Positions 17,616 to 26,823 of a DNA stretch of 64,000 nucleotides are shown piece by piece (position 1 is the first letter of the stretch; each line of letters opens with the position of its first letter). The position numbers and the translations under genes are program-made. Under the pieces are notes generated by a model. That model worked only from the letters and a program-made list of their open reading frames with translations. It was not told the DNA's origin and did no database searches. Origin of the DNA: an uncultured virus (IMG/VR IMGVR_UViG_3300032092_000024) (taxonomy: Duplodnaviria > Heunggongvirae > Uroviricota > Caudoviricetes); the IMG/VR virus record IMGVR_UViG_3300032092_000024, one strand, 5' to 3'.

Positions 17616-19406
17616 ATGAATACATATGCAATTGACTTTGAAACATATTACGACAAGGAGACATCAATCACAACGCTTGGGCAGTGGCATTACTTGCGGA
17701 GTCCGGCTTCAGATATCTACATGGTTGCCATTCAGGGGCCGGATGTTGACTACGTAGGTTGTCCTAAAAAAGCCCCGTGGGCCAAGATTGATGGCCACAA
17801 GTGGGTGGCTCACAATTACAGCTTCGACGGCGCGGTGATCGAGAGGTTGCGGGAGCAGGGATGTGTTCAATCCAAGCCTGTAGCTTGGGACTGCACCGCA
17901 AACCTTTCGGTTGCCGTGGGGGCTCCACGTAATTTGTTGGGTGCTTCCAGGGAACTTCTTGGTAGGACTATCGACAAGGACCCTCGGGATAAGATGCATT
18001 CCAAGAAATGGAGCGATGTCGAGGGTACTGAATTTGGAAAAGAAGTATTGGAGTACGCTCGCCAGGACGCCAAGGCATGTCTTGGTATTTACGAGAAGTT
18101 CTCCAGCGACATGCTTCCGGCAGAGTCCGAGCTATCGAAACACACTATTGAGATGGGGTGGCGCGGGATTCAGGTCGACCAAGATGCTGTTTCCGCTGGC
18201 GTTAAGGCTCTTCAAAAGGTTACTTGGGAGAGTGAGAACGCCTTGCCTTGGATCGATGAGACAGATGGGGTGGTGCTTTCGACAAAGGCATTTCGCAGGG
18301 AATGCGCAAAAGCTGGTATTCCGTGGCCCACTTCGTTGGCCGAGAACTCTGAAGAGTGCGCGTTGTGGGAATCCCAGTACGGCGAGCAAGTTCCTTTTGT
18401 CGGGGTCATGCGTGACTGGCGCAAGGCAAACTCTTTGCTGGCCAAACTAAAGGTCATGCAAGGTCGCGTCAAGCCAGACGGAACTATGAGCTACGGATTG
18501 AAATACATGGGTGCTCATACGGGTCGTTGGTCTGGTGATTCGAAGTTTAACGTTCAGAACCTCCCTCGTAATGAAATGTTTGGAGTAGACCTTAGGGGTT
18601 GCATCGTACCCCGGCCAGGTAAGAAGTTTGTTATCTGTGACTTGGCTCAGATTGAGCCGCGGGTGCTTGCTTGGCTGTCTGGTAACGAAGGGCTCCTTCA
18701 GGCGATCAGAAATGGTTATGGCATCTACGAGGCAGCGGCTAAGAACATGGGGCTATGGGACGGTGAGAAAGCAACCCTCAAGAAGGTTGACGCACCCCTG
18801 TATCAATTGGTAAAGGCGATGGTGCTTGGCCTTGGCTACGGTGCCGGGGCGAAGAAGTTCGCTCTTATTGCCAAGATGCAATATGGAATCGACATGACGG
18901 AAACTAAGTCGACCATGATCGTCAATGATTTTCGTACAAGGAATCAACCGATCTTGGACTTGTGGCGAAAGCTGGAGGGCGACTTCCAGCGGGCGAAAGC
19001 GGACAAGCAGTTTGAGGTGGGCTTGCCAAGTGGTCGGGTTCTTACCTACCGGAATATTATGTCTCAATGGCCGGACAAGCAGAAGTATGACAAAAGTGGT
19101 AAAGCCAGGAAATCGGCCTGGACGGCTAGAGTCGAAAGAGGAGGACCGCAGATTCCATTCTACGGAGGGAAGCTGTGCGAGAACCTGGTCCAGGCTGTAG
19201 CGCGTGACGTTATGGGCGCGGCGGTATTACGTTTGGAAAAGGCTGGTTGCCCTGTTGTAATGCACATTCACGACGAAGCTGTTTGCGAAGTTGACAATTC
19301 AGTTCCGGCTGGTGAGATTGAACGTCTCATGAGCGTCTGTCCTGAATGGTTGGATGGGTGTCCAATAGGTGCGGAAGCGACCGACGCAGTGAGGTACAAA
19401 AAATGA
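17616..19406 (+). CDS. polA: Family A DNA polymerase with 3'-5' exonuclease
   Basis: ExoI DFETY, ExoII AHNYSFD, TGRWSG, motif A DLAQIEPRV, motif B K...LG..YG, motif C HDE. Confidence 0.95.
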   Translation: MNTYAIDFETYYDKETSITTLGQWHYLRSPASDIYMVAIQGPDVDYVGCPKKAPWAKIDGHKWVAHNYSFDGAVIERLREQGCVQSKPVAWDCTANLSVAVGAPRNLLGASRELLGRTIDKDPRDKMHSKKWSDVEGTEFGKEVLEYARQDAKACLGIYEKFSSDMLPAESELSKHTIEMGWRGIQVDQDAVSAGVKALQKVTWESENALPWIDETDGVVLSTKAFRRECAKAGIPWPTSLAENSEECALWESQYGEQVPFVGVMRDWRKANSLLAKLKVMQGRVKPDGTMSYGLKYMGAHTGRWSGDSKFNVQNLPRNEMFGVDLRGCIVPRPGKKFVICDLAQIEPRVLAWLSGNEGLLQAIRNGYGIYEAAAKNMGLWDGEKATLKKVDAPLYQLVKAMVLGLGYGAGAKKFALIAKMQYGIDMTETKSTMIVNDFRTRNQPILDLWRKLEGDFQRAKADKQFEVGLPSGRVLTYRNIMSQWPDKQKYDKSGKARKSAWTARVERGGPQIPFYGGKLCENLVQAVARDVMGAAVLRLEKAGCPVVMHIHDEAVCEVDNSVPAGEIERLMSVCPEWLDGCPIGAEATDAVRYKK

Positions 19407-21532
19407 ACCTCTTTCGTATACCCAATTTATCGTCGTCGATTGCCAGCTCATGCACACCTTGGGACGGTAATGTAAACCAGCCACCTAGTCTTGAGCCAGA
19501 AGTTGCAAAGCGTTGGGCTGTTCAGAATTCAACTGACGGAATGTTCGTCAGCGGATTCGAAGGTCGTGCCGCGGCCATGCGTGTAACCAGAGATAATCCC
19601 CCGGCAAAGATGCATGCGTTCATTGCAGACTATGATTGTGAACTTACATCTGAAGAGTTTATCTCTGGGGTTGGAGCCAAAGCCAAGGCTGGATTAAAAC
19701 CCATGTTTGCTCACCGTACTCCGAGTGGAGGTGCGCGGGTTATCTGGATGTTTGAAACACCCATGCAGATTCCAGTTGGACTATTGCCGGCGTTCTTAAA
19801 GCGTGTGGCGAAAGAACTGGGAGCGAAGCGTTTGTTCGCCGGACTGGATGACAATCACGTCAAACCAGAGCAGTACTATGCTTGGTATCTGCCGGTCACA
19901 AAAGTCGGGGATGTCCCTTTAAGGACAGAGACCTTGTATAGCTGGTTTGCTTCGACAATCGATGCCGATCATAAGTACCGCGGGGAAGGCCCCGTTGAGA
20001 TCCCGATGGATCGTGTGCGTAGTCGCGTACAGGAAATGTATCCCGACAAGTTGCTAGGTAACCTCGAGGTAAACGGCAGAACCAATGCGTTCTGGACTGT
20101 GACTTCGGATAATCCGACTGCCTGCGTAGTTACCCCTACCGGTATCGTCAGCTTCTCTCAGGACAAGAGTTTCTATAGCTGGGCTGAAATCCTCGGTGCT
20201 GGATGGGTAAAGGAGTTTGAGGAGGATCGTCTAGGCGCACCTCTCGCCAACTATTACTTCGACGGAAAGCGATACTGGAGACAGGACGGTCGTGGCATCT
20301 GGCGCGACACAGACTCTGAGACTACCCGCAAGGATATTGCTGGTATCTACGGACTGTCTCTCGCTCCAATGCAACGGGGTGGAATGTGCGAAGTTGACCA
20401 GACCGTTTTGCGTGTGCGCGAAACAAGACGAGTTGACGATGCCGGTCCAATCCTATTTAGCAAAGAAGAAGTCGTTTACATGGGCGGCCGTACCGTTCTC
20501 AACATCTCACGGGTCAAGGTTCTGGAACCCAGGACTGAAGTCTGTGAGAAGTGGGGTGATGGATTCCCTTGGATCGCAAAGTTCCTCGACGGGTTCTTCA
20601 ATCCACACGATTCCCTCCAATACTTCCTGGCGTGGCTTCATCACTTCTACGTATCTGCCAAGTCGGGAAAGCAGTCACAAGGTCAGGCGATCTTTATCGC
20701 TGGACCGGTGGGAGTGGGCAAGACGCTCATGGGCACTCAGATTGTATCCAGACTGATGGGTGGTGGTTGCGACGCCTCGGGGCATATCTCCGGGGAGAGC
20801 GAGTTCAACTCGGAGATGTTCGAGGTGGGCGTACTCAACGTCGATGATACTATCGCCTCAACTAGCCACGAGAAACACTTGCTCTTCTCCAATACGGTGA
20901 AGAAGTTTGTTGCCAATCGTCGCCATCGTTACCGGGCTATGTGGAAGAATCCCGCTACCATTGAGTGGTCAGGTCGGGTGTTCGTCACCTTGAATGATGA
21001 CCCCGACTCCATGCGGGCGGTTCCATACACGGACGCAAGTATATTAGATAAGCTAATGCTATTTAAGGCTTCGTCCAAAGGTATGGACTTCCCTCAGTCT
21101 CAGGAGCTACAGCGCATTCTTGACGGCGAGCTCCCGGCGTTTGCTAGATGGTTGACTGACTTTGAAATCCCTGAGGAGCTTAAGTGTTCCAATCGGTTTC
21201 AGGTTAAGTGCTACCACCACGCCGATATCCTTGAGGATACCCGGACTACTCATCCTAACCATGCCTTCTCGGAGTTGCTGGACGAATTTCTTATTGGGTT
21301 CAACCAAGCCAATCCAAAGGAGAAAACATGGAAGGGTTCAGCTACCCAGCTACTTAACCAGATGTTAAATGACCAGAGCCTCACCAATCTTACCCGCCAT
21401 TATGCTTCCACTCCGGAGAAAATGGGACAACGGCTGGCAAAGTTGATGACAACTAAAGGTATTGAGCGGGTGACGATCCAGGGCAAGGTCCTCTGGAAAA
21501 TCCCAGTTGACGACGTTAAGCCGGTTGTTTAA
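19403..21532 (+). CDS. Primase-helicase (C-terminal P-loop NTPase, DUF5906/D5-like)
   Basis: N-terminal ADYD and TPSGG motifs; Walker A GPVGVGKT; ATGA overlap with polA. Confidence 0.75.
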   Translation: MNLFRIPNLSSSIASSCTPWDGNVNQPPSLEPEVAKRWAVQNSTDGMFVSGFEGRAAAMRVTRDNPPAKMHAFIADYDCELTSEEFISGVGAKAKAGLKPMFAHRTPSGGARVIWMFETPMQIPVGLLPAFLKRVAKELGAKRLFAGLDDNHVKPEQYYAWYLPVTKVGDVPLRTETLYSWFASTIDADHKYRGEGPVEIPMDRVRSRVQEMYPDKLLGNLEVNGRTNAFWTVTSDNPTACVVTPTGIVSFSQDKSFYSWAEILGAGWVKEFEEDRLGAPLANYYFDGKRYWRQDGRGIWRDTDSETTRKDIAGIYGLSLAPMQRGGMCEVDQTVLRVRETRRVDDAGPILFSKEEVVYMGGRTVLNISRVKVLEPRTEVCEKWGDGFPWIAKFLDGFFNPHDSLQYFLAWLHHFYVSAKSGKQSQGQAIFIAGPVGVGKTLMGTQIVSRLMGGGCDASGHISGESEFNSEMFEVGVLNVDDTIASTSHEKHLLFSNTVKKFVANRRHRYRAMWKNPATIEWSGRVFVTLNDDPDSMRAVPYTDASILDKLMLFKASSKGMDFPQSQELQRILDGELPAFARWLTDFEIPEELKCSNRFQVKCYHHADILEDTRTTHPNHAFSELLDEFLIGFNQANPKEKTWKGSATQLLNQMLNDQSLTNLTRHYASTPEKMGQRLAKLMTTKGIERVTIQGKVLWKIPVDDVKPVV

Positions 21533-21559
21533 GCTGGTTTCACGCTCGAAACACTGCTT

Positions 21560-21964
21560 ATGAGAAATATAGCCATAGCCTTAGCTATGCTGTTTTCAAT
21601 TCCTACGTTGGTTTCCAATGTATTGATTGAAACACAGCCTAAAAAGCCTGCCAAGAAAATCAAGGTAAGGCTCACAGCTTATTGGTGTGGTCAAGACCCG
21701 GATACCTCAAGGTTTAAATCCTCAACGGGGTATACCCTAAAGTCCGGAAGGACATGTGCGGTCGACCCGAAGATCATACCGTATGGGAGTACCGTAATCA
21801 TCGATGGGAAGGAGTTTAAAGCGATCGATACTGGTACAGCAGTTATTGCCAAGAAAGCTTCGCACGGTAAACTTCCTGTTGTGGATCTCTTTTATAAAAC
21901 AGAACGTCAGGCTATGGTTGCGCTAGGTAATATGCCAATGCATCCATGGGTGGAGATTCGATAA
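21560..21964 (+). CDS. 3D-domain protein (MltA-related peptidoglycan hydrolase) with N-terminal signal/anchor
   Basis: LTAY, AVDPKIIPYGS, AIDTG, VDLF. Confidence 0.85.
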   Translation: MRNIAIALAMLFSIPTLVSNVLIETQPKKPAKKIKVRLTAYWCGQDPDTSRFKSSTGYTLKSGRTCAVDPKIIPYGSTVIIDGKEFKAIDTGTAVIAKKASHGKLPVVDLFYKTERQAMVALGNMPMHPWVEIR

Positions 21965-22599
21965 TGTACATAGGAATAACGGCAAGTACGGGAGGAGCGA
22001 CATCTATTCAAACAATGTCTGATTTTACTATAAATGGAAATTTAGTTAATTCATTTAATGAAAATTTTTTAAAGGATGGTAGAAGACTTCCACCCAATCC
22101 CTCTACTGGAAAAGCATCAATACCTTGTGATTGCCAGTGTCGTAGTGGTTATGGAGAAAATCCGTTTAGATTAACTGAAAACCTAGGATATCAGGCGTCC
22201 GCAATATGGGCGGCCGATACCAGTAGTGTCAACCCCGCTTCCTTTTCCGCTTCTTTTCAATATTTTATTGAGGGAAGTTCTCAAGCCGACGGTTTTACTC
22301 TCTGTTTTTCCAGATTTGTATTTATTGCTGGTGATGGTGGTGGTCTTGGTTATCAAGGTTCAGGAGCGAGTTCGGTTGCTATTGAAGTTGATTCCTTTCA
22401 AAATGATCATGACCCGAGTAATTCTCATGTGGCAATTATTGCTGGTGGATCTGTTATAACACACCTTCAATTAGCGGAAGTAACCATAAGGCCGTCAGGA
22501 ATTATAAGCGCAAATTATTCTGGTGGAAGATTAAAAGTTAATCACAATCAAGTGCCAATTCTTGATTACGCAATTAATATACCGAGTATCGCCGGCTAA
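21964..22599 (+). CDS. L-type (legume/ConA-like) lectin domain protein
   Basis: ADGFTLCF, GGGLGY, SVAIEVDSFQN..DP..SHVAI. Confidence 0.75.
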   Translation: MYIGITASTGGATSIQTMSDFTINGNLVNSFNENFLKDGRRLPPNPSTGKASIPCDCQCRSGYGENPFRLTENLGYQASAIWAADTSSVNPASFSASFQYFIEGSSQADGFTLCFSRFVFIAGDGGGLGYQGSGASSVAIEVDSFQNDHDPSNSHVAIIAGGSVITHLQLAEVTIRPSGIISANYSGGRLKVNHNQVPILDYAINIPSIAG

Positions 22600-22608
22600 T
22601 AGACTAGC

Positions 22609-22848
22609 ATGGAAAACAAAGTACAAAAGTTTGCTAAATCCATGGGTACTTGGGCTGGGTCGGGGTTCAAGAGGGTACAGCAACATGTCTATGATAAGCG
22701 GATTACCATCTGCCGTAATTGTCAGTTCTGGGAAGAGAAGGGAAATATGGGCATGGGAAAGTGCTTGAAATGTGGATGCGGAAAGGGTAAACATTGGTTG
22801 CCGCACGAGCAATGTCCAATTGGTCTGTGGGGCAAGGAGAATATATGA
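22609..22848 (+). CDS. Cys-rich small protein (DUF6171-like)
   Basis: R..IC..C...C.KCGC...K.......CP.G.W. Confidence 0.65.
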   Translation: MENKVQKFAKSMGTWAGSGFKRVQQHVYDKRITICRNCQFWEEKGNMGMGKCLKCGCGKGKHWLPHEQCPIGLWGKENI

Positions 22849-23117
22849 AAAAACAAAAAAGTATTTTATCGGCAAAGCGGGTTCCATTGTCCCCAGAGAT
22901 TGGGAAACTCCCCGCTATTAAGATTGTGGCAGAGCGAAAAGTTGACTATGTGGAATTAGACCTTGACGTGGATGACAAAGCGGTGGCAGTATTGGCGAAA
23001 GCTGGATTGGAAACAATCCGGAATGATAAGGAGGCTTTGGTGAGCTACGCGATCAACAGAGCCCTAAAAGACCTTATCAAAAACGAGAAAGAAAAAGATG
23101 CAAGACACATTGCTTAA
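22845..23117 (+). CDS. Hypothetical protein
   Basis: AGGAG SD and ATGA overlap. Confidence 0.5.
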   Translation: MKKQKSILSAKRVPLSPEIGKLPAIKIVAERKVDYVELDLDVDDKAVAVLAKAGLETIRNDKEALVSYAINRALKDLIKNEKEKDARHIA

Positions 23118-23159
23118 GACGTTTCTCGGAGCGGTAGCCGCGTTGCTTGGGGGTGCAAT

Positions 23160-24113
23160 ATGTATATTCTTAGCCGTGGTTTGGTTTCGGTGTTGGGAAT
23201 ATTTGCGGTCGTTCTTTCGTCGTTTGCACACGCGGAACAACAAATCCTAAAGTCAGTTGTCCGCATCCAGGCGACGTCGTTAACATCCCGCGAGACCAAG
23301 CGGGGTACGGGTGTGGCTGTTGAGGGTGGTGTTCTTACAGCCGCTCATGTCGTGGAAGGCTGTGTTCCAGATTCGATCAACGTTCTGTGTGGCGACGGGG
23401 ATGATTCAATCGTATTTGACGGAGAGTTGGTTTACAAGGACACGCTGATGGATCTGGCGTTTATCCGAGTCAAGAATGACTTTAATAAAATTATTAATTT
23501 GCCACCGGTCAAGTTTGACGTGGCTTTCCCTGTCCAACCCGGTACCGAGGTTTACGCTATCGGCAATTCTTTGGGATTTACCCGCACGATATCCAAAGGC
23601 ATCGTATCGGCGTCTGGTACCAAATCAAACGAGAAGTTTCTTTATACGGATGCTTTGGTGCGAAAAGGTAACTCAGGCGGCCCGCTGGTAGACCACAAAG
23701 GTGAAGTCATCGGTCTGGTCTTGGGATGTATTGATATCGCCCCCGCGGGGCAAACACCTGTTAAGGATACGTCTCCGGAGTTCACCTATTCAGTAGCCGC
23801 AGCAGACATAGTCGACTTTTTAGCCTCAAAGGGACAAGTCGGAGAGGGATACCTTGGAGTAAGTGGTAAGACGGTAAGTACGGGTATGGGACAGGCTAAT
23901 TGCGACCAAGGACTGGAGATCACTCATAAAACACGGGAATGTGGCCTTTATACGGGCGATATCATATTTTCAGTAGGAGATACCCAAATTACCTCCAATC
24001 GCGATCTAATAAGGGTTATACGACGATTAGAGCCTGGTTCTACAATCAGAGCTGATATCCTTAGACTTGGTCAGTTCAAGACGGTAGAACTTTCTATTAC
24101 TACAAAACCTTGA
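23160..24113 (+). CDS. HtrA/DegP-like serine protease with PDZ domain
   Basis: Signal peptide (AHA), TAAHVV, DLAFI, GNSGGPL, then GYLGV..GDII. Confidence 0.85.
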   Translation: MYILSRGLVSVLGIFAVVLSSFAHAEQQILKSVVRIQATSLTSRETKRGTGVAVEGGVLTAAHVVEGCVPDSINVLCGDGDDSIVFDGELVYKDTLMDLAFIRVKNDFNKIINLPPVKFDVAFPVQPGTEVYAIGNSLGFTRTISKGIVSASGTKSNEKFLYTDALVRKGNSGGPLVDHKGEVIGLVLGCIDIAPAGQTPVKDTSPEFTYSVAAADIVDFLASKGQVGEGYLGVSGKTVSTGMGQANCDQGLEITHKTRECGLYTGDIIFSVGDTQITSNRDLIRVIRRLEPGSTIRADILRLGQFKTVELSITTKP

Positions 24114-24195
24114 TATAAAGGTGGAAGCACTTCTGCTTTCAGCAAAAAGACTTACGGAAGGTACATGTAGTAGTCGTAAGTCCTTGATACAGTGA

Positions 24196-24515
24196 TAGGG
24201 TGGGGGTATGAAACAGGGGTCAAATTGATCCATGTGCTTGAGTATAAGGAATCTAGGAATCGAAGGGTGGTAGGGTGGGGGGTGTAGGGGTGGTTTTGAA
24301 CTCGTTGTTCCTACAGCTTTGTGTGTGTGGCGTGTGTGTGCAAACACCCGGAACGAGTTGGGATACCCCCACCCAGTGGGACCACCCCCACCCTCTCTTT
24401 CTTTATATTTATATATATTAATAGTAAACATACACTTAGACAAGGACCCAAGGTTCAAAATTTGGGTGGGGGTACCCCTTTTTGACCCCCCACCCTAGAG
24501 CATACCCCCACCCTA
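24196..24515. repeat. Seven GGGTGGGGG copies around an AT-rich core (putative replication origin)
   Basis: Plus strand at 24198, 24273, 24464; minus strand at 24366, 24385, 24487, 24505. Perfect 15-bp inverted repeat 24196-24210/24501-24515. Confidence 0.7.
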
Positions 24516-24567
24516 AATCGTAGCTCTTTGGGGATAAAACAGAGAAATATAGCCCTTTGAGGCTAAC

Positions 24568-25638
24568 TTAGCTCATTACCGAGTACGCCACCTTATTGGT
24601 GGTAACGGTAGTGTTCCGGACAAGAACGCCGGTTGCGTTCAAGAAATTCACATTGTCAAACAAAACCAGTGAGTATGGCAAAGTAGCCAGATTGGCCGAA
24701 GCCACCCCATTGATGGCTTTGGCTCCAGATCCAGTGAGAACGTTAAGCCCGCATGTCCCTATCGATACAAGACACGCGGAAGCCAAAGTTATCCCGTGCC
24801 CGGTCGACCTATTGTTAGTCAACAAAGTTTGAGAGAGAGTGAGATTAAAACCAGAAACTCCGTAATCTCCGCCAGTGCAGTTTACTATCTGAGTGGCGTT
24901 ACCCTCGAGTTGGCAACGAGAAAAATTAAGCCTACCACCACTGGCCACCCTAAACATGTCAACGCAGGTTGCAGATCCTCCGGTAGAATCGCAATCGACC
25001 ATGTTGCAGGTTCCGTTTACCACACTAATGCCACCACCAGTGGCAAACGGGGAAAATTGACAGAGCTGACCACTTACGCTGGTGCTAGCTCCCGTATTGT
25101 CCACAGTAAGACCAAAAGAATTTGTGCTTCCGTTCTGAAACCAAACTGATTCTAAAAACACTCTACACGGAGTAGAACCCCCCGCCACATTGATACAATT
25201 CCCACTAGATACCTCGGGCTTGAGGATTGCTAAATTTGTAATTCCAAAAAAGTTATCGTTAATTGTTCCAGAAGTTGGGGCAACAGTAATAGTACCGTTT
25301 AAGTAGAGGGGGGCGCGCACCCCAGAATTAGTGAATCCTTGAATCCCAACATAGCCAGTGTCCATCGTCAAATCTTCAGTAATGCTACTGAGCAAGTTAA
25401 TATACTTTGGGTTTGTACTTGTAGCCCCAATTTTAGCGGCAGAATAAGCCGCGGCCAGAGTTTTGAATGGGGTTAAAAGGTTACCGTCTTCGACGTAGGT
25501 ATCAGTTCTGTTGGCGTCTACAAAATATTGGGACGTTAACGGTAGTTGTAAGATTGCCCCATTTTGGAATAAGCCAGCTATTTGGCTGGCAAGCACGTTA
25601 TCGGTAGTACGTACTTGAAGAGGGAACAGAGTCGGCAC
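24568..25638 (-). CDS. Fibre/spike-like protein with beta-helix-like body
   Basis: YFVD...DG....PFKTL..A motif, G/N/T-rich repeats, N-terminus shared with 4699..5001. Confidence 0.6.
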   Translation of the reverse strand: MPTLFPLQVRTTDNVLASQIAGLFQNGAILQLPLTSQYFVDANRTDTYVEDGNLLTPFKTLAAAYSAAKIGATSTNPKYINLLSSITEDLTMDTGYVGIQGFTNSGVRAPLYLNGTITVAPTSGTINDNFFGITNLAILKPEVSSGNCINVAGGSTPCRVFLESVWFQNGSTNSFGLTVDNTGASTSVSGQLCQFSPFATGGGISVVNGTCNMVDCDSTGGSATCVDMFRVASGGRLNFSRCQLEGNATQIVNCTGGDYGVSGFNLTLSQTLLTNNRSTGHGITLASACLVSIGTCGLNVLTGSGAKAINGVASANLATLPYSLVLFDNVNFLNATGVLVRNTTVTTNKVAYSVMS

Positions 25639-25643
25639 ACACC

Positions 25644-25727
25644 ATAGTGGTCTTAATTAGTTAGAAGTCAATCCCCTCCGGCTGATTGTATTTTGTCCTT
25701 TACAGAAGTCAATTCAGTTGAGACACT
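25644..25727. promoter_or_regulatory. Divergent promoter cluster
   Basis: Minus: TTGACT-16-CACTAT (25671-25644) and TTGACT-16-TACAAT (25712-25685). Plus: TTTACA-17-GACACT (25699-25727). Confidence 0.55.
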
Positions 25728-25736
25728 GTACGGACG

Positions 25737-25955
25737 ATGAAGGCAACCCTTGAGTTTAATCTCCCCGAGGAGGAGACCAATTTTAGATATGCTATGAGCG
25801 CACACGACATGGCGATGGTCATTACGGATCTTGGAATCTTTCTCCGTTCGAAGATTAAACATGAAATTTCAGATCCCGACCAACTCAACGCCTATGAAAA
25901 TGTGCGCGATGAACTTCACTCTTTGCTCGACGACCGGAACGTCACCCTCCCATGA
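25737..25955 (+). CDS. Hypothetical phage protein
   Basis: MKATLEFNLPEE N-terminus, a type common in aquatic phages. Confidence 0.6.
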   Translation: MKATLEFNLPEEETNFRYAMSAHDMAMVITDLGIFLRSKIKHEISDPDQLNAYENVRDELHSLLDDRNVTLP

Positions 25956-26179
25956 AGCATCGAATCTTATCCCATCTGTATTATGCCCTGGGGCACGTAT
26001 GGAGTTACTTCATGTGTTGGACTGGTTTTGGTTACCGCTTTTATTCTTGGGCGATGGAGAATTCCGTTAACCACGATATTGACTGCTCGCTTTGGAAGCC
26101 GGCGCCCGAGAAGAAAATGGCCCGCTACCGGACAGCCCCGTTGGGTAAGAAAAAAAGCAACCGGCGCCGAAGATCGTAA
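25952..26179 (+). CDS. Hypothetical protein
   Basis: ATGA overlap. Confidence 0.45.
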   Translation: MKHRILSHLYYALGHVWSYFMCWTGFGYRFYSWAMENSVNHDIDCSLWKPAPEKKMARYRTAPLGKKKSNRRRRS

Positions 26180-26812
26180 ATGCCCACCCTTAACGAAAAT
26201 ATTCCGAGCTTCAAGGCGATGGTAAGGAAATCGTTCTTTACCAAAGACGAGACCGATAGAAACGAATTCTACAACGTATACGTGTTTGCCTTACAGTCGT
26301 ATCCCGGCACCATCCTCACCTTTCATGTGATGACCGATGCAGGGATGCTTCGAAGCCGAGTCCCCCTGTCTGAGATTTATACTCATGAGCCCACGAATGA
26401 TATCCCGTTTAATTACAAACAGCTTTGGGATTGTTTCTCAGAGAACGTGACCGTAATCGATTACAGCTTCTTAGCCTACCACCGCGCCCAGATTGTTTTG
26501 AGGGACGGAACCAAAGCGTGGGGAACTTACATGTTTACCGTGGACTGGTTCAACAATCCGTATAGCGACGAACCCTCCGATTATAAATGCGGCCATGTGT
26601 TTGCCGCGGATGACGGATACTTGCTCTGCATGCCCAACAATAGAATCTTCTGGAGAGACTCCAACTGGGTAACCAAAAAGCTTTCGGAGAATCTCAAACA
26701 ATTTAAGGTGGACACCGAGCTACCTTCTGTGGAGAATCAGTCCGACAGATGGGTTACGGAGGATACGGACTCCTTCTACTACGACATCCATAAAAGAGAA
26801 GAGACAACATAA
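26180..26812 (+). CDS. Conserved hypothetical phage protein
   Basis: LNENIP, QLWDCFS, YMFTVDW, PNNRI.W.D motifs. Confidence 0.65.
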   Translation: MPTLNENIPSFKAMVRKSFFTKDETDRNEFYNVYVFALQSYPGTILTFHVMTDAGMLRSRVPLSEIYTHEPTNDIPFNYKQLWDCFSENVTVIDYSFLAYHRAQIVLRDGTKAWGTYMFTVDWFNNPYSDEPSDYKCGHVFAADDGYLLCMPNNRIFWRDSNWVTKKLSENLKQFKVDTELPSVENQSDRWVTEDTDSFYYDIHKREETT

Positions 26813-26823
26813 AGGAGACGCAG

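Noticed and set aside
24027..24458. 143-aa minus-strand ORF
   Set aside because: Runs across the G/C-run repeat array and gives a Pro/Gly/His-biased product; probably non-coding.
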